Notes: generated from the sequence alone by a model not told the origin. 64,000 nucleotides of DNA from Elusimicrobiota bacterium (GCA_044221725.1 JBGAON010000002.1:544001-608000), one strand, 5' to 3'; positions 18,916 to 28,836 are shown, counted from the stretch's first letter. Numbers and translations are program-made.

Positions 18916-19890
18916 ATGATCTCCTATATTTTTAAACGCTTGCTCGGAACTGTTCCGATGCTGATCGGGATTTCGTTCATCACCTATCTCACCATCTTTC
19001 TCGCGCCGGGGGGGCCGGCCGCTGGCATCATGCAGGACTTAAATCCCAAAGTATCCGCCGAATACAAACAGAAACTCGTTGAGCATTTCCACTTCGACAA
19101 ACCGGTGCATGTGCAATATTTCTTGTGGGTCAAACGCATGGTGAAGCTCGACTTTGGCGAGTCGTACAAAGACAATCAGCCGGTATTGAAAAAAATTGCG
19201 ACGCGCCTGCCGCGAACGCTGTTGCTCACGTCGCTGTCGCTCCTTTTCACGTTTTTGCTCGCCGTGCCGATCGGAATGTTCTCGGCGCTGAAACAAAATT
19301 CGATCTGGGACCGGCTGCTGACCGTATTTGTGTTTATTGGATTCTCGGTGCCCGCGTATTGGGTCGCGCTATTGCTTATGATTTTCTTTGGTATTAACCT
19401 CGGATGGTTGCCCATCACAGGTTTTCGTTCGATTGTCGCTGACGAAATGACGACGGGGCAACAGATTATCGATATCGCGCGTCACCTGGCTTTGCCGATA
19501 ATCGTAACTAGCCTCACGAGCTTGGCCGGTCTGTCTCGCTACATGCGAAACGGAATGCTCGAAGTGATCCAACAAGATTACATTCGGACGGCTCGCGCCA
19601 AAGGCCTTCCGGAATCGAACATCATCCTCGTGCACGCGCTGCGCAACACGCTCATTCCCGTGATCACAATTCTCGGTTTTGCGCTGCCGGAATTGATTTC
19701 CGCCGGGGTTATTTTTGAAACGATTTTTTCTTATCCTGGGTTGGGACGATTGGCTTACGAAGCGGCCATGTCGCGCGACACATTTCTCATCATGCCAACC
19801 GTCACGCTCGGCGCTATGCTGACACTGGTCGGAAACTTGGTGGCGGACGTCTGCTACGCGTTGGCGGACCCGAGAATTCGGTACAAATAA
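18916..19890 (+). CDS. oppB: Peptide ABC transporter permease (OppB/DppB)
   Basis: QDYIRTARAKGL EAA loop, HALRN, ETIFSYPGLG, DPRI. Confidence 0.95.
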   Translation: MISYIFKRLLGTVPMLIGISFITYLTIFLAPGGPAAGIMQDLNPKVSAEYKQKLVEHFHFDKPVHVQYFLWVKRMVKLDFGESYKDNQPVLKKIATRLPRTLLLTSLSLLFTFLLAVPIGMFSALKQNSIWDRLLTVFVFIGFSVPAYWVALLLMIFFGINLGWLPITGFRSIVADEMTTGQQIIDIARHLALPIIVTSLTSLAGLSRYMRNGMLEVIQQDYIRTARAKGLPESNIILVHALRNTLIPVITILGFALPELISAGVIFETIFSYPGLGRLAYEAAMSRDTFLIMPTVTLGAMLTLVGNLVADVCYALADPRIRYK

Positions 19891-19900
19891 AGGAAAAATA

Positions 19901-21577
19901 ATGAACATTGCGGAATCAAAAGGTTCGTCGTTCGCGCGTACCAGCAATAATTGGAATAAATGGCGGTGGTACGCCGGGGCGACGGTTCTGTTGTTATTGT
20001 TTCTTCCATTTGAAAGCGTTCATGCCGACGACCAAAGCTTTCTTTCCAAAGAAGACACCTGGGCAAATTGGGAGCGCCGCTGGGACGATGCGTTTAAAAA
20101 TATTCCATCGCGCTCATTGCCGGGCCGTACCATGGGACTCATTGTTCCGTCCGATTCGCGAGACGACATTCTGCCGCTTTCGGCGTTTGGCTACGAAGTG
20201 TTGGCCCGAGGTTCGTTTCATACGGCGGTTATTCTTTTGCGCGCACCGGCCGATTATCCGGCGGACGGTCTCGTCGCGCCTGGCATTCCTTCGCTGGAAA
20301 CACCGTTCGGCCGTTTTCCCGTCGACACCGTTTTGCGGGATCAACTCACGGGGCCTGGCAAAGGGGTGAGCGTCGATCCGAATTTGTTTGTGAACGATAT
20401 GCCGAAGATTCTCACGCGCCAATTGGCCGCGCTCAAATACGTGCTGAAGAAAGACGTGGTGTCGATGCGCGTGCTACCGTTGTACGTAAAACTGTCGGAT
20501 GTGAATTCGCAGGCGAAAGACTTGGCGCCGTTTTTGGTCGACCGCATTCGTGATTACGGCGTTGATTCCGACGTTGTGTTTCTTATTTTGTCGAATCTTT
20601 CGCGCACGAACAGCGATGACAAACTCATTCAGACCGACGCACCGGTTCTCAAAGCAATTCGCGAACTGAACGTGGACGAGTTGCTAAACATGAAACAAGA
20701 AGACGTGATCCATGAAGATTTCGGTGTGCTTTTGCTCGGCGTGCTCACCATGCGTTGGATGGGCTCCGATCACGCGGATATTTTTGCGTACAGTCATTCG
20801 GGGCAGTTGGTTCTTACGAAGGACAAGAAAACGCCGCTGAGTTATATCGCGGGCGGGTTTGCTTCAAAGCCGCCAATCTTTTCCAAGGTTGCACATGTTG
20901 AACAAGAGAAAATGGCCGACACATTCGGCGAATTGCTCCGCTCCGATCTCCTGGCGCTTGCGCGGCAGACGCTTTTGTCAACAATTGATCCCACGGCCGC
21001 AAAGCCACCGGCCGTGAACAACCCACAGGCCGGGAAAAAGTGGCCCGTGTATGTTTCAATCTTCGACGCGCAAGGAAAATTGGCGGGGCAAGCCGGCTCC
21101 CATGTCGCAACCGGTCCACTCGAGGAGTCCATTCGCAAATACACGTTTGATGCCGTGCGGCGCGCGCAACCCGACTTAACGAAAGCGAACGCGAACGCCT
21201 ACGTGGTAGAAATCAGTATTCCGTACGGCTTCGAGAAGATAAACCAGCCGGATGACTACATTCCGCTATTGAACGGGGTTGTCGTTGAACAAAAATTAAA
21301 AACACAAGCGATGCATCCCGATATCTGGCGCACCTACCCCGACCCGCATCAAATGCTCAGTACTATTTCAACGCGACTCGGCGGCGATCCGTGGACGTAT
21401 GCAACGAGCGCCGCCAAATTGGATTCGTTCCGCGTGCTGTCGTTCAATGAGAAGGAACCGTTCCAACAGTTGGGTTCCACCAAGAAGAAAAAGAAAAAAT
21501 CTGCCGATGGACTCGAAGAGGATCTCGGGGGAGGTGGCGGAGGCGGTGGCGCTGGCGGAAGCCCGTTCGGCTTTTAA
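19901..21577 (+). CDS. Exported degenerate MEMO (AmmeMemoRadiSam B) + AMMECR1 (A) fusion protein
   Basis: ETPFGRFPVD, LSNLS, SYIAG (MEMO-like); LALARQTL, VYVSI, VEISI, GVVV, MHPDIW (AMMECR1-like); N-terminal signal. Confidence 0.65.
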   Translation: MNIAESKGSSFARTSNNWNKWRWYAGATVLLLLFLPFESVHADDQSFLSKEDTWANWERRWDDAFKNIPSRSLPGRTMGLIVPSDSRDDILPLSAFGYEVLARGSFHTAVILLRAPADYPADGLVAPGIPSLETPFGRFPVDTVLRDQLTGPGKGVSVDPNLFVNDMPKILTRQLAALKYVLKKDVVSMRVLPLYVKLSDVNSQAKDLAPFLVDRIRDYGVDSDVVFLILSNLSRTNSDDKLIQTDAPVLKAIRELNVDELLNMKQEDVIHEDFGVLLLGVLTMRWMGSDHADIFAYSHSGQLVLTKDKKTPLSYIAGGFASKPPIFSKVAHVEQEKMADTFGELLRSDLLALARQTLLSTIDPTAAKPPAVNNPQAGKKWPVYVSIFDAQGKLAGQAGSHVATGPLEESIRKYTFDAVRRAQPDLTKANANAYVVEISIPYGFEKINQPDDYIPLLNGVVVEQKLKTQAMHPDIWRTYPDPHQMLSTISTRLGGDPWTYATSAAKLDSFRVLSFNEKEPFQQLGSTKKKKKKSADGLEEDLGGGGGGGGAGGSPFGF

Positions 21578-21605
21578 AAAATTATGAAGTACGTGATTAC
21601 CAATC

Positions 21606-21687
21606 CGTCATCCTGGCATGTCGTAAGCCAGGATCCACTCTATCGAGAGTTTAAATGGGCCCTGGATAGAAACATTCCAGAGCGGCG
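21606..21687. repeat. REP-like element, family A
   Basis: CGTCATCCTGGCATGTCGTAAGCCAGGATCC ... GGGCCCTGGATAGAAACATTCCAGAGCGGCG. Confidence 0.82.
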
Positions 21688-21701
21688 AATTACGTGATTT
21701 T

Positions 21702-22532
21702 ATGCTGAGGTTTTATTGGCAACGTTTTTGCAGAAACCCGCTGGCCGTGGCAGGCGGAATTGCCGTGCTCCTGCTTGCCGCTGCGGCAATTTTCGCTCCG
21801 TGGATTGCGCCGCAAGATCCTTTGAAACAAGATCTATTGATGCGGCTGAAACCGCCGTCGCATTCGCACCTGTTTGGCACCGACGAATTGGGCCGCGACG
21901 TGCTGAGTCGCCTCATCATGGGAATTCGAATTTCTCTCAGTATTGGATTCATTTCGGTTTTTATTTCGGTTGGCATCGGCACCACGTGGGGGCTCGTGAG
22001 CGCGTATTTTGGAAAGTGGGTCGACGTGGGACTCATGCGAATTGTCGACGTGATGCTTTGTTTTCCAACGCTGTTTTTGATTCTGATGATCTTGGCCGTT
22101 ATGGACAAACCGAATATTTTTGTCGTTATGGGCGTGATTGGCCTCACCTCGTGGCCTGGGCTCGCGCGGTTGGTGCGCGGTGAAGTATTAAGTTTGCGCG
22201 AACGTGACTATGTGATGGTCGCGAAAGGTTTGGGCCTCTCATCCACACGCATTCTGTTTGTGCACATTCTTCCGAATGTTATCTCACCTATTCTCGTTGC
22301 AGCCACGCTCGGCGTCGGCGGCGCGATCTTAACCGAATCCGGTTTGTCGTTCTTGGGCCTCGGCGTTCAACCACCGACTCCATCCTGGGGGGGTGTGCTC
22401 ACGTCCGGAAAAGACTTTATTCACGTGGCGTGGTGGCTGTCGGTTTTTCCGGGTCTCGCTATTTTGTTCACGGTACTCGCGTTTAATTTGATCGGCGAAG
22501 GGTTGCGCGACGTGTTGGATCCGCGGCTGTGA
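21702..22532 (+). CDS. oppC: Peptide ABC transporter permease (OppC/DppC)
   Basis: GTDELGRDVLSR, HILPN, ESGLSFLGLG, GEGLRDVLDP. Confidence 0.95.
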   Translation: MLRFYWQRFCRNPLAVAGGIAVLLLAAAAIFAPWIAPQDPLKQDLLMRLKPPSHSHLFGTDELGRDVLSRLIMGIRISLSIGFISVFISVGIGTTWGLVSAYFGKWVDVGLMRIVDVMLCFPTLFLILMILAVMDKPNIFVVMGVIGLTSWPGLARLVRGEVLSLRERDYVMVAKGLGLSSTRILFVHILPNVISPILVAATLGVGGAILTESGLSFLGLGVQPPTPSWGGVLTSGKDFIHVAWWLSVFPGLAILFTVLAFNLIGEGLRDVLDPRL

Positions 22533-23350
22533 GCGCACCGCTTCTTCAAATCACGAATTTGACGGTGGAATACACCAAAGGACACGCGCCGTTCACGGCC
22601 GTCCAAGGTGTATCGCTCACGATCAACAGAGGAGAATGCATGGCTCTTGTCGGTGAGTCGGGTTGCGGCAAGTCAACCATCGCCCTCGCTATCACGGGCC
22701 TGTTACCGAGAAACGAAAGCCGTGTTGCCGGTGGGGAAGTCTTACTCGATGGCCAAAACGTTCTGACAAATTCGGACGCTATGTGGCGATCGTATCGTGG
22801 AAAAAGAATCGCAATGATTTTTCAAGATCCGTTTTCGTCGCTGAATCCCGTGCTAACCATCGGGTATCAAATTGAGGAATCGCTCGCATTGGACGGCAAC
22901 GCCAATAAAAACAAAGCCTTTGAGCTTCTATCGCATGTACAAATCTCCGATCCGGAGCGTGTTTATAATTCTTACCCGCACCAGATTTCCGGCGGACAAC
23001 GGCAGCGCGTGATGATCGCGATCGCGCTGTCGCGCGGGCCGGAATTGCTGATTGCCGACGAACCGACCACCGCGCTGGATGTGACCGTTCAAGACGAAAT
23101 CATAAAACTCCTCAAACGGCTTCAGATTGAAACAAAGATGTCGCTGCTGTTTGTGACGCACAATCTGGGTTTGGTCAAATATATCGCCGACAGCGTTTCT
23201 GTCATGCGCAACGGAAAAATAGTCGAGACCGGTGCGGCCGACCACGTGCTATCCAAGCCCGCGCATCCGTACACGAAAGGATTGCTGCGCTGCATGCCGA
23301 CACTGAAAAAATCCGACGGCCCACTCCCAACGCTTGAAGGCATCGCGTGA
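22529..23350 (+). CDS. oppD: Peptide ABC transporter ATPase (OppD)
   Basis: [33 protein letters not shown]. Confidence 0.95.
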   Translation: MSAPLLQITNLTVEYTKGHAPFTAVQGVSLTINRGECMALVGESGCGKSTIALAITGLLPRNESRVAGGEVLLDGQNVLTNSDAMWRSYRGKRIAMIFQDPFSSLNPVLTIGYQIEESLALDGNANKNKAFELLSHVQISDPERVYNSYPHQISGGQRQRVMIAIALSRGPELLIADEPTTALDVTVQDEIIKLLKRLQIETKMSLLFVTHNLGLVKYIADSVSVMRNGKIVETGAADHVLSKPAHPYTKGLLRCMPTLKKSDGPLPTLEGIA

Positions 23351-24174
23351 AACTCGTTGTTCGTTCGCTCACGAAAAAATTTCCGATCAATCGCGGCTTC
23401 TTTTTGGGCGTGAAAGGCGTCCTTCGAGCGGTGGACGACGTTTCGTTTGAATTGGAACCGGGACAAAGTCTCGGTATCGTTGGAGAATCGGGCAGCGGGA
23501 AAACCACGATCTCAAAACTTCTTGCCGGTTTTCTGACGGCCGATTCCGGCGAAGCCACGTTGGGCGAACACGACTTGCTGAAGCTCGACCGCCACGCGCG
23601 GGCGCGCCTGGTTCAAATGGTGTTTCAAGACCCGTTTGCGTCGCTGAATCCGAAATTATTGTTACGCACGCAGTTAAGTGAAGCTATCCACCCGGACCGA
23701 GCGGGCAATTCGTCGCCCCGGCAAGCTTTTGGCCGGGGCCGAGGTTCTCCAACGGAAAACCGGGATCCCGGCCAAAAGCTTGCCGGGATGACGCGTTTGA
23801 TGCAAGACGTCGGACTACCGCCGGAGTTTCTTGACCGCTACCCGCATCAACTTTCGGGCGGGCAACGGCAACGTTTCGCGATCGCTCGCGCGCTGGCCGC
23901 GGGCCCGCAGCTTTTGTTGGCAGACGAGCCGGTGTCGGCGCTCGACATCAGCGTGCAAGCCCAGATTATTAATCTGCTCAACAAACTGCGTGCCGAAAAA
24001 AAGTTTTCTCAAATCTTAATTTCGCATGATTTGGCCGTGATCGCGAACACGTGCGATACAATGCTCGTCATGAAAGATGGGAAAGTGGTCGAGCGTGGGT
24101 TCGTGGAGAAAGTGCTGGACCAGCCGGAACATCCTTACACGAAGCGACTCATTGCCGCTGTGCCGACGCTGTAA
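23347..24174 (+). CDS. oppF: Peptide ABC transporter ATPase (OppF) with in-frame palindromic insertion
   Basis: GESGSGKT, LSGGQRQR, DEPVSALD, HPYT; extra loop encoded by repeat. Confidence 0.93.
   Translation: MKLVVRSLTKKFPINRGFFLGVKGVLRAVDDVSFELEPGQSLGIVGESGSGKTTISKLLAGFLTADSGEATLGEHDLLKLDRHARARLVQMVFQDPFASLNPKLLLRTQLSEAIHPDRAGNSSPRQAFGRGRGSPTENRDPGQKLAGMTRLMQDVGLPPEFLDRYPHQLSGGQRQRFAIARALAAGPQLLLADEPVSALDISVQAQIINLLNKLRAEKKFSQILISHDLAVIANTCDTMLVMKDGKVVERGFVEKVLDQPEHPYTKRLIAAVPTL
23711..23793. repeat. REP-like element (family A-related) inside oppF
   Basis: CGTCGCCCCGGCAAGCTTTTGGCCGGGG ... TCCCGGCCAAAAGCTTGCCGGGATGACG inverted arms. Confidence 0.88.
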
Positions 24175-24188
24175 GAGGAATAATTTAT

Positions 24189-24594
24189 ACCCCACCCTAC
24201 CCTCCCCACTGAAACGACGTGGGGAGGAAACACCTCCCTCAAGATCCGACTATTCAACGTCAATCGCTGCCCCCTCCCCATGTCTCATCAATGGGGAAGG
24301 TAGGGTGGGGTAAAAGTGCGGTATTCAACGTCAATCGCTGCTCCCTCCCCATGTCTCGTCAATGGGGAGGGTAGGGTGGGGTAAGAGTGCGGCATTCAAC
24401 GTCAATTGCTGCCCCCTCCCCATGTCTCGTCAATGGGGAGGGCAGGGTGGGGTAAGAGTGCGGCATCCAACGTCAATCGCTGCTCCCTCCCCATGTCTCA
24501 TCAATGGGGAGGGTAGGGTGGGGTAAGGGTGCGGTATTCAACGTCAATCGCTGCTCCTCCCCATGTCTCGTCAATGGGGAGGGTAGGGTGGGGT
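24189..24594. repeat. Tandem array of five 71-bp units (family D REP) plus one inverted copy
   Basis: Units start at 24251, 24322, 24393, 24464, 24535; core CCCTCCCCATGTCTCRTCAATGGGGAGGGTAGGGTGGGGT; inverted core at 24189-24228. Confidence 0.95.
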
Positions 24595-24629
24595 GATAAA
24601 TCACTTCCTTATCACCTATAATTCAATAA

Positions 24630-26150
24630 ATGATTCTTCCTGACCTCATTCAACGCAACGCGGAACTTTATCCGGACCGAACAGCGCTCGTGTTCCGCAA
24701 CGAAAAGATCTCGTTTTCGCAACTGAACGAAAAAATTCTCACGTGCGCGCAAGGACTTTCCGACTTGGGAATCAAAAAGGGCTCGACGTTCGCGCTCGTG
24801 CTGCGCAATTCACCCGAGTTTGTGATTCTTTCGATGGCGCTCTCGCGGCTTGGCGCCATTTCCGTGCCTATTAATTTTCTCGAGAAAGCGGACCGCCTCG
24901 AACTAATTTTGAACGACGCGAAAGCGGAGGGGATTCTCACCGCGAAAGAATTTTTCCGCCACGTCGCGACCGCGATGAAAAAAGTGCCCACGCTCAAACA
25001 CAAATTTCTCCGCGAAGGTGATCACAAAGAATTCAAACCGTTTGCGGCGCTCATGAGCGACAAAAAATGGTCGGGCAACAACAAGGTGACCGAAGACGAT
25101 CTTATGATGCTGCTTTATACGTCCGGCACGACCGGCCTTCCCAAAGGCGCGATGCTCACGCACAAAAATTTCATTGCGAACGTGGATCAGTGCCTCGGCG
25201 CCATAAAGCTTAGCGAGAAAGACCGTTTTCTGTGCTTGTTGCCGCTGTTTCATTCGTTTTCGTGGACCACGTGCTTTCTTATTCCAATGAAAATTGGCGC
25301 CCGCACGGTCATCATTGAATCGCTGGCCCCGTTTGATCCGGTTATCAAGGCAATCTGGAACAACAAGGTGACGCTGTTTGTCGGCGTTCCGCAAATCTTT
25401 GCGGCACTGGCGCAGCGCGTGCAAGGCGTAAAAGCGATGTTCATTCGACTCATGAACCCCGTGCGCGCGTGCGTTTCGGGCGCGGCACCGCTACCAGAAA
25501 ATGTGCTCGTTCAATTCAAGAAGTCGTTCGGGGTGCCGCTTTTGGAAGGTTACGGCCTCACGGAAGCGTCGCCGGTTGTTTGCTTGAACCCGATGGACAA
25601 ACAAAAGAAGAACAGCGTTGGGAAACCCTTGCCCGGCATCGAGCTCACGTTGCACGATGATGATGGGAAACTTGTCGACGACGGCGAGGTCGGTGAAATT
25701 TGGGTTCGTGGCGCGAACATCATGAAGGGCTATTACAACAAGCCGAAAGAGACGAAAGAAGCGCTAACGAAAGACGGCTGGCTTAAAACCGGCGACATGG
25801 GAAAATTCGACAAAGACGGGTTCGTGTACATCGTCGACCGAAAAAAGGATTTGATCATCGTCAAAGGGTTGAATGTTTACCCTCAAGAAGTTGAAAATGT
25901 GATTGCGATGGACCCGGGCGTCAAGGAAGTGGCGGTTGTCGGGAAAGTGAACAAGGATGACGGCGACGAGATCATCCGCGCGTTTGTGACCATCAAAGAG
26001 GGAAAAACCGTCGAGAAGAAAAAACTTTTTGAATTGTGCCGCGAACATTTGGCCGCGTACAAACTGCCGAAAGAAATCATCATCATCGATGAAATGCCGC
26101 GCAACGCGCTGCAAAAGATCCTCAAAAAAGACCTGCGCCAACGCCCCTAA
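24630..26150 (+). CDS. fadD: Long-chain-fatty-acid--CoA ligase (AMP-binding)
   Basis: YTSGTTGLPKG, EGYGLTEASP, LKTGDMG, DRKKD. Confidence 0.88.
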   Translation: MILPDLIQRNAELYPDRTALVFRNEKISFSQLNEKILTCAQGLSDLGIKKGSTFALVLRNSPEFVILSMALSRLGAISVPINFLEKADRLELILNDAKAEGILTAKEFFRHVATAMKKVPTLKHKFLREGDHKEFKPFAALMSDKKWSGNNKVTEDDLMMLLYTSGTTGLPKGAMLTHKNFIANVDQCLGAIKLSEKDRFLCLLPLFHSFSWTTCFLIPMKIGARTVIIESLAPFDPVIKAIWNNKVTLFVGVPQIFAALAQRVQGVKAMFIRLMNPVRACVSGAAPLPENVLVQFKKSFGVPLLEGYGLTEASPVVCLNPMDKQKKNSVGKPLPGIELTLHDDDGKLVDDGEVGEIWVRGANIMKGYYNKPKETKEALTKDGWLKTGDMGKFDKDGFVYIVDRKKDLIIVKGLNVYPQEVENVIAMDPGVKEVAVVGKVNKDDGDEIIRAFVTIKEGKTVEKKKLFELCREHLAAYKLPKEIIIIDEMPRNALQKILKKDLRQRP

Positions 26151-27574
26151 TGAAGCTCAATCTCGCTCGTCACCTGCCCACCAACAATATCCACGTCGTT
26201 GGCGGGGCCGTAAGAGATCGTTTGCTGGGTCGCCCGGTCCTCGACATTGATCTCATTACGCCAATCGATCCCACCAAAATGGCGAACACGCTGGCCAACG
26301 AACTGAATGGCTCCGCGTTTCCGTTGGATGAAAAACGTGGCATCGTACGCGTAAAATTGCCGGACGGTGTCGTTGACTTCGCGAAATGGCAGGGGAAAAC
26401 GCTCGAACAAGATATCGATCGTCGGGATTTCACGGTCAACGCGCTCACGGTGCCGCTCGATACGTGGGAGAGGCCGAATTGGAAAAAGTTCATCATCGAT
26501 CGCCATTCGGGACTCCGTGATTTGAAATCGAAAAAGATCGGCGCCGTCAGCCCGTCTGTTTTTAAAGACGATCCGCTTCGTCTGCTGCGCGCGTTTCGCA
26601 TTGCGGCCGAGCTCGGCTTTGATATCCCCGCGCCCACCCGCGCCCTGATCTCCAAAAATAAAAACCTCATCCGCAAGCCCGCGCCCGAACGGGTGCGTGA
26701 AGAACTGCTCAAGCTTTTCGCAACGAACAATTCCTATCGGTATCTTAAATTAATGGACACGTGCGGGCTATTGGAAAAAGTTTTTCCGGAAGCGAACGCG
26801 CTTCGCAAAACCGCGCCCAACTATTACGGAAAAGGCGGGGTGCTCAAGCACACGCTCGACAGTGTGAAGTGTTTTGAAGAGATCCTTGCAGACCGGTCGT
26901 GGTTCCCTGGGCTTTCGACCAAGATAAATTCTTATTTGGCGGAGAAGATTGGCGGTCATTTGCGGCTCGCGCATTGCAAATGGGGTCTTCTGCTGCATGA
27001 CATCGGCAAACCGGCAACCATGAAAATGATCGACGGCCGGCTGCGCTTCTTCGAACACGAACACGTGGGCGCTGAGAAAGTGGGGAAACTCGCGAAGCGT
27101 TTCCGCTGGTCGTCCGATGAAACAAGCCGTTACGCGAACTACGTGCGGCACCATATGCGGCCCGGAAACTTAGCGTCGCACGACGAACTTACGGATAAAG
27201 CGATGCACCGCTTCTTTCGCGACTTGGGCGAAGAAGCAATTGCAATGCTGCTCATTTCGCTTGGCGATCACTTAACCTATTTGACCGCAAAACAAAAACG
27301 TGCGCGCAATTCCGCGCACGAGAAAGTGACGATAAAAATGGTGCGGCGCTACTATATGCACCGCGAGAAAATCGTTCCGCCCAAACTTTTGACGGGCTAC
27401 GATGTAATGAAAGCTTTTAATCTCAAACCGTCGCCGCTCATTGGTGCGCTCTTGAACGATTTAACCGAAGCACAAACCGAACACAAAATTAATTCGAAAG
27501 AAGAAGCGCTCAGTTATTTAAAGGAACGCCTGCCGTGGCACCAGGAAAAACTTCCGAAGACGAACTCCATTTAG
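26150..27574 (+). CDS. cca: CCA-adding enzyme / poly(A) polymerase family with HD domain
   Basis: VGGAVRD, DID, RRDFTVNAL, DDPLRLLRAFR, LLHDIGK. Confidence 0.88.
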   Translation: MKLNLARHLPTNNIHVVGGAVRDRLLGRPVLDIDLITPIDPTKMANTLANELNGSAFPLDEKRGIVRVKLPDGVVDFAKWQGKTLEQDIDRRDFTVNALTVPLDTWERPNWKKFIIDRHSGLRDLKSKKIGAVSPSVFKDDPLRLLRAFRIAAELGFDIPAPTRALISKNKNLIRKPAPERVREELLKLFATNNSYRYLKLMDTCGLLEKVFPEANALRKTAPNYYGKGGVLKHTLDSVKCFEEILADRSWFPGLSTKINSYLAEKIGGHLRLAHCKWGLLLHDIGKPATMKMIDGRLRFFEHEHVGAEKVGKLAKRFRWSSDETSRYANYVRHHMRPGNLASHDELTDKAMHRFFRDLGEEAIAMLLISLGDHLTYLTAKQKRARNSAHEKVTIKMVRRYYMHREKIVPPKLLTGYDVMKAFNLKPSPLIGALLNDLTEAQTEHKINSKEEALSYLKERLPWHQEKLPKTNSI

Positions 27575-28023
27575 ATCAAGCGGCGTGGTTCGCCGCGCAA
27601 GGAATGGAAATGGGTGCGGGCGGGCCGTTCGGCGCGATGATCGTTCAAGGCGGGAAAATCGTCGCGGCCGCGCACAACACGGTTCTTCGCACGAACGATC
27701 CGACCTCACACGCCGAAGTGAACGCCATTCGCAAAGCGTCCGAAAAACTGGGGAGATTCGATTTGTCCGGCTGCACAATTTATTCCACAACCGAACCCTG
27801 CCCGATGTGTTTCTCCGCTATTCACTGGGCGCGAATCGATAAAGTTGTCTACTCCACCACAATCCAAGATGTAAAGAAACTCGGTTTCAACGAACTGTCG
27901 ATTCCGAACACAAAAATGAAATCCCTCGGCAAAAGCCCCGTCACACTGAAAAAAATTCCCAACGCCGCCTGCAAAAAACTTTTAAGCGATTGGAAGCAAT
28001 CCCCAAACCGAAAGACCTACTAA
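27535..28023 (+). CDS. Zinc nucleoside deaminase (guanine deaminase GuaD-type)
   Basis: GGPFGA, DPTSHAEVNAIR, EPCPMC..AIHWA; AAGGA RBS. Confidence 0.85.
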   Translation: MAPGKTSEDELHLDQAAWFAAQGMEMGAGGPFGAMIVQGGKIVAAAHNTVLRTNDPTSHAEVNAIRKASEKLGRFDLSGCTIYSTTEPCPMCFSAIHWARIDKVVYSTTIQDVKKLGFNELSIPNTKMKSLGKSPVTLKKIPNAACKKLLSDWKQSPNRKTY

Positions 28024-28026
28024 CGC

Positions 28027-28160
28027 CGTCGTTGCGAGCCAGCATCCTTAAAACCATTAATCAATGCTGGCGAAGCAATCAAACAGATGGTGGGCGTGTT
28101 CGCCGAGATTGCTTCGCTCAGTTTTATTAATGATCTTTAATGACTGAACTCGCAATGACG
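28027..28160. repeat. REP-like element, family C
   Basis: CGTCGTTGCGAG..GAAGCAATC ... GATTGCTTCG..CTCGCAATGACG; second copy at 48843. Confidence 0.88.
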
Positions 28161-28179
28161 ACATAATGACGACATCATC

Positions 28180-28836
28180 ATGATCAAAGTCATCTTCTTC
28201 GACGTCGGCGGCACATTGATCCGACCGTACCCATCGGTTGGCGCCATCTATTCGAATGTCGCGAAGCGTCATGGCATAAACGAATCCGCCGAACGCTTGG
28301 AGCAAAAGTTCAAAGACGCGTGGCGATCTGAGAAATCCACGCGGTCAAAAGTGACGAAAGAATGGTGGAAACAGGTGGTGAACGTGGTTTTCGCCGAACA
28401 CAAATTCGACGAACCCGATGCCTTCTTTGAAGATATATATAAGGAGTTTGAGAAAAAAGAGGTCTGGCAGGTTTTCGACGACGTCCTTGTCACGCTAAAC
28501 GAGCTTAAAAAACGCAACATCCGCTTGGCCGTCGCTTCCAATTGGGACGAACGCCTGCCCGCACTTTTGACCACGCTCGGTTTGGCGCCATTTTTCGAAG
28601 CACAATTCGTGTCATTTCACGTTGGCTTCGCGAAACCGGACCGCCGGTTTTTCGACATCGCGCTAAAAACCATGAACGTCGATCCGCTGGAAGCCTTCCA
28701 CGTGGGCGACGACGAAAAAGAAGACATCGAAGGCGCCCAAACCGTGGGCATGCGCGCCTACCAAATTGACCGGTCCCGCAAACCCGTGAACTCCCGGCAG
28801 CTCGTTTCTCTAACCGAAATCCTCGCCCGAATCTAA
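28180..28836 (+). CDS. HAD-superfamily hydrolase (subfamily IA)
   Basis: FFDVGGTL, SNWD, KPD, HVGDD..D. Confidence 0.92.
   Translation: MIKVIFFDVGGTLIRPYPSVGAIYSNVAKRHGINESAERLEQKFKDAWRSEKSTRSKVTKEWWKQVVNVVFAEHKFDEPDAFFEDIYKEFEKKEVWQVFDDVLVTLNELKKRNIRLAVASNWDERLPALLTTLGLAPFFEAQFVSFHVGFAKPDRRFFDIALKTMNVDPLEAFHVGDDEKEDIEGAQTVGMRAYQIDRSRKPVNSRQLVSLTEILARI

Noticed and set aside
24077..24313. 78-aa ORF after oppF
   Set aside because: Overlaps oppF and is otherwise a translation of REP sequence.
24251..24594. CRISPR array
   Set aside because: The whole 71-bp unit is repeated, with no unique spacers and no cas genes in the window.
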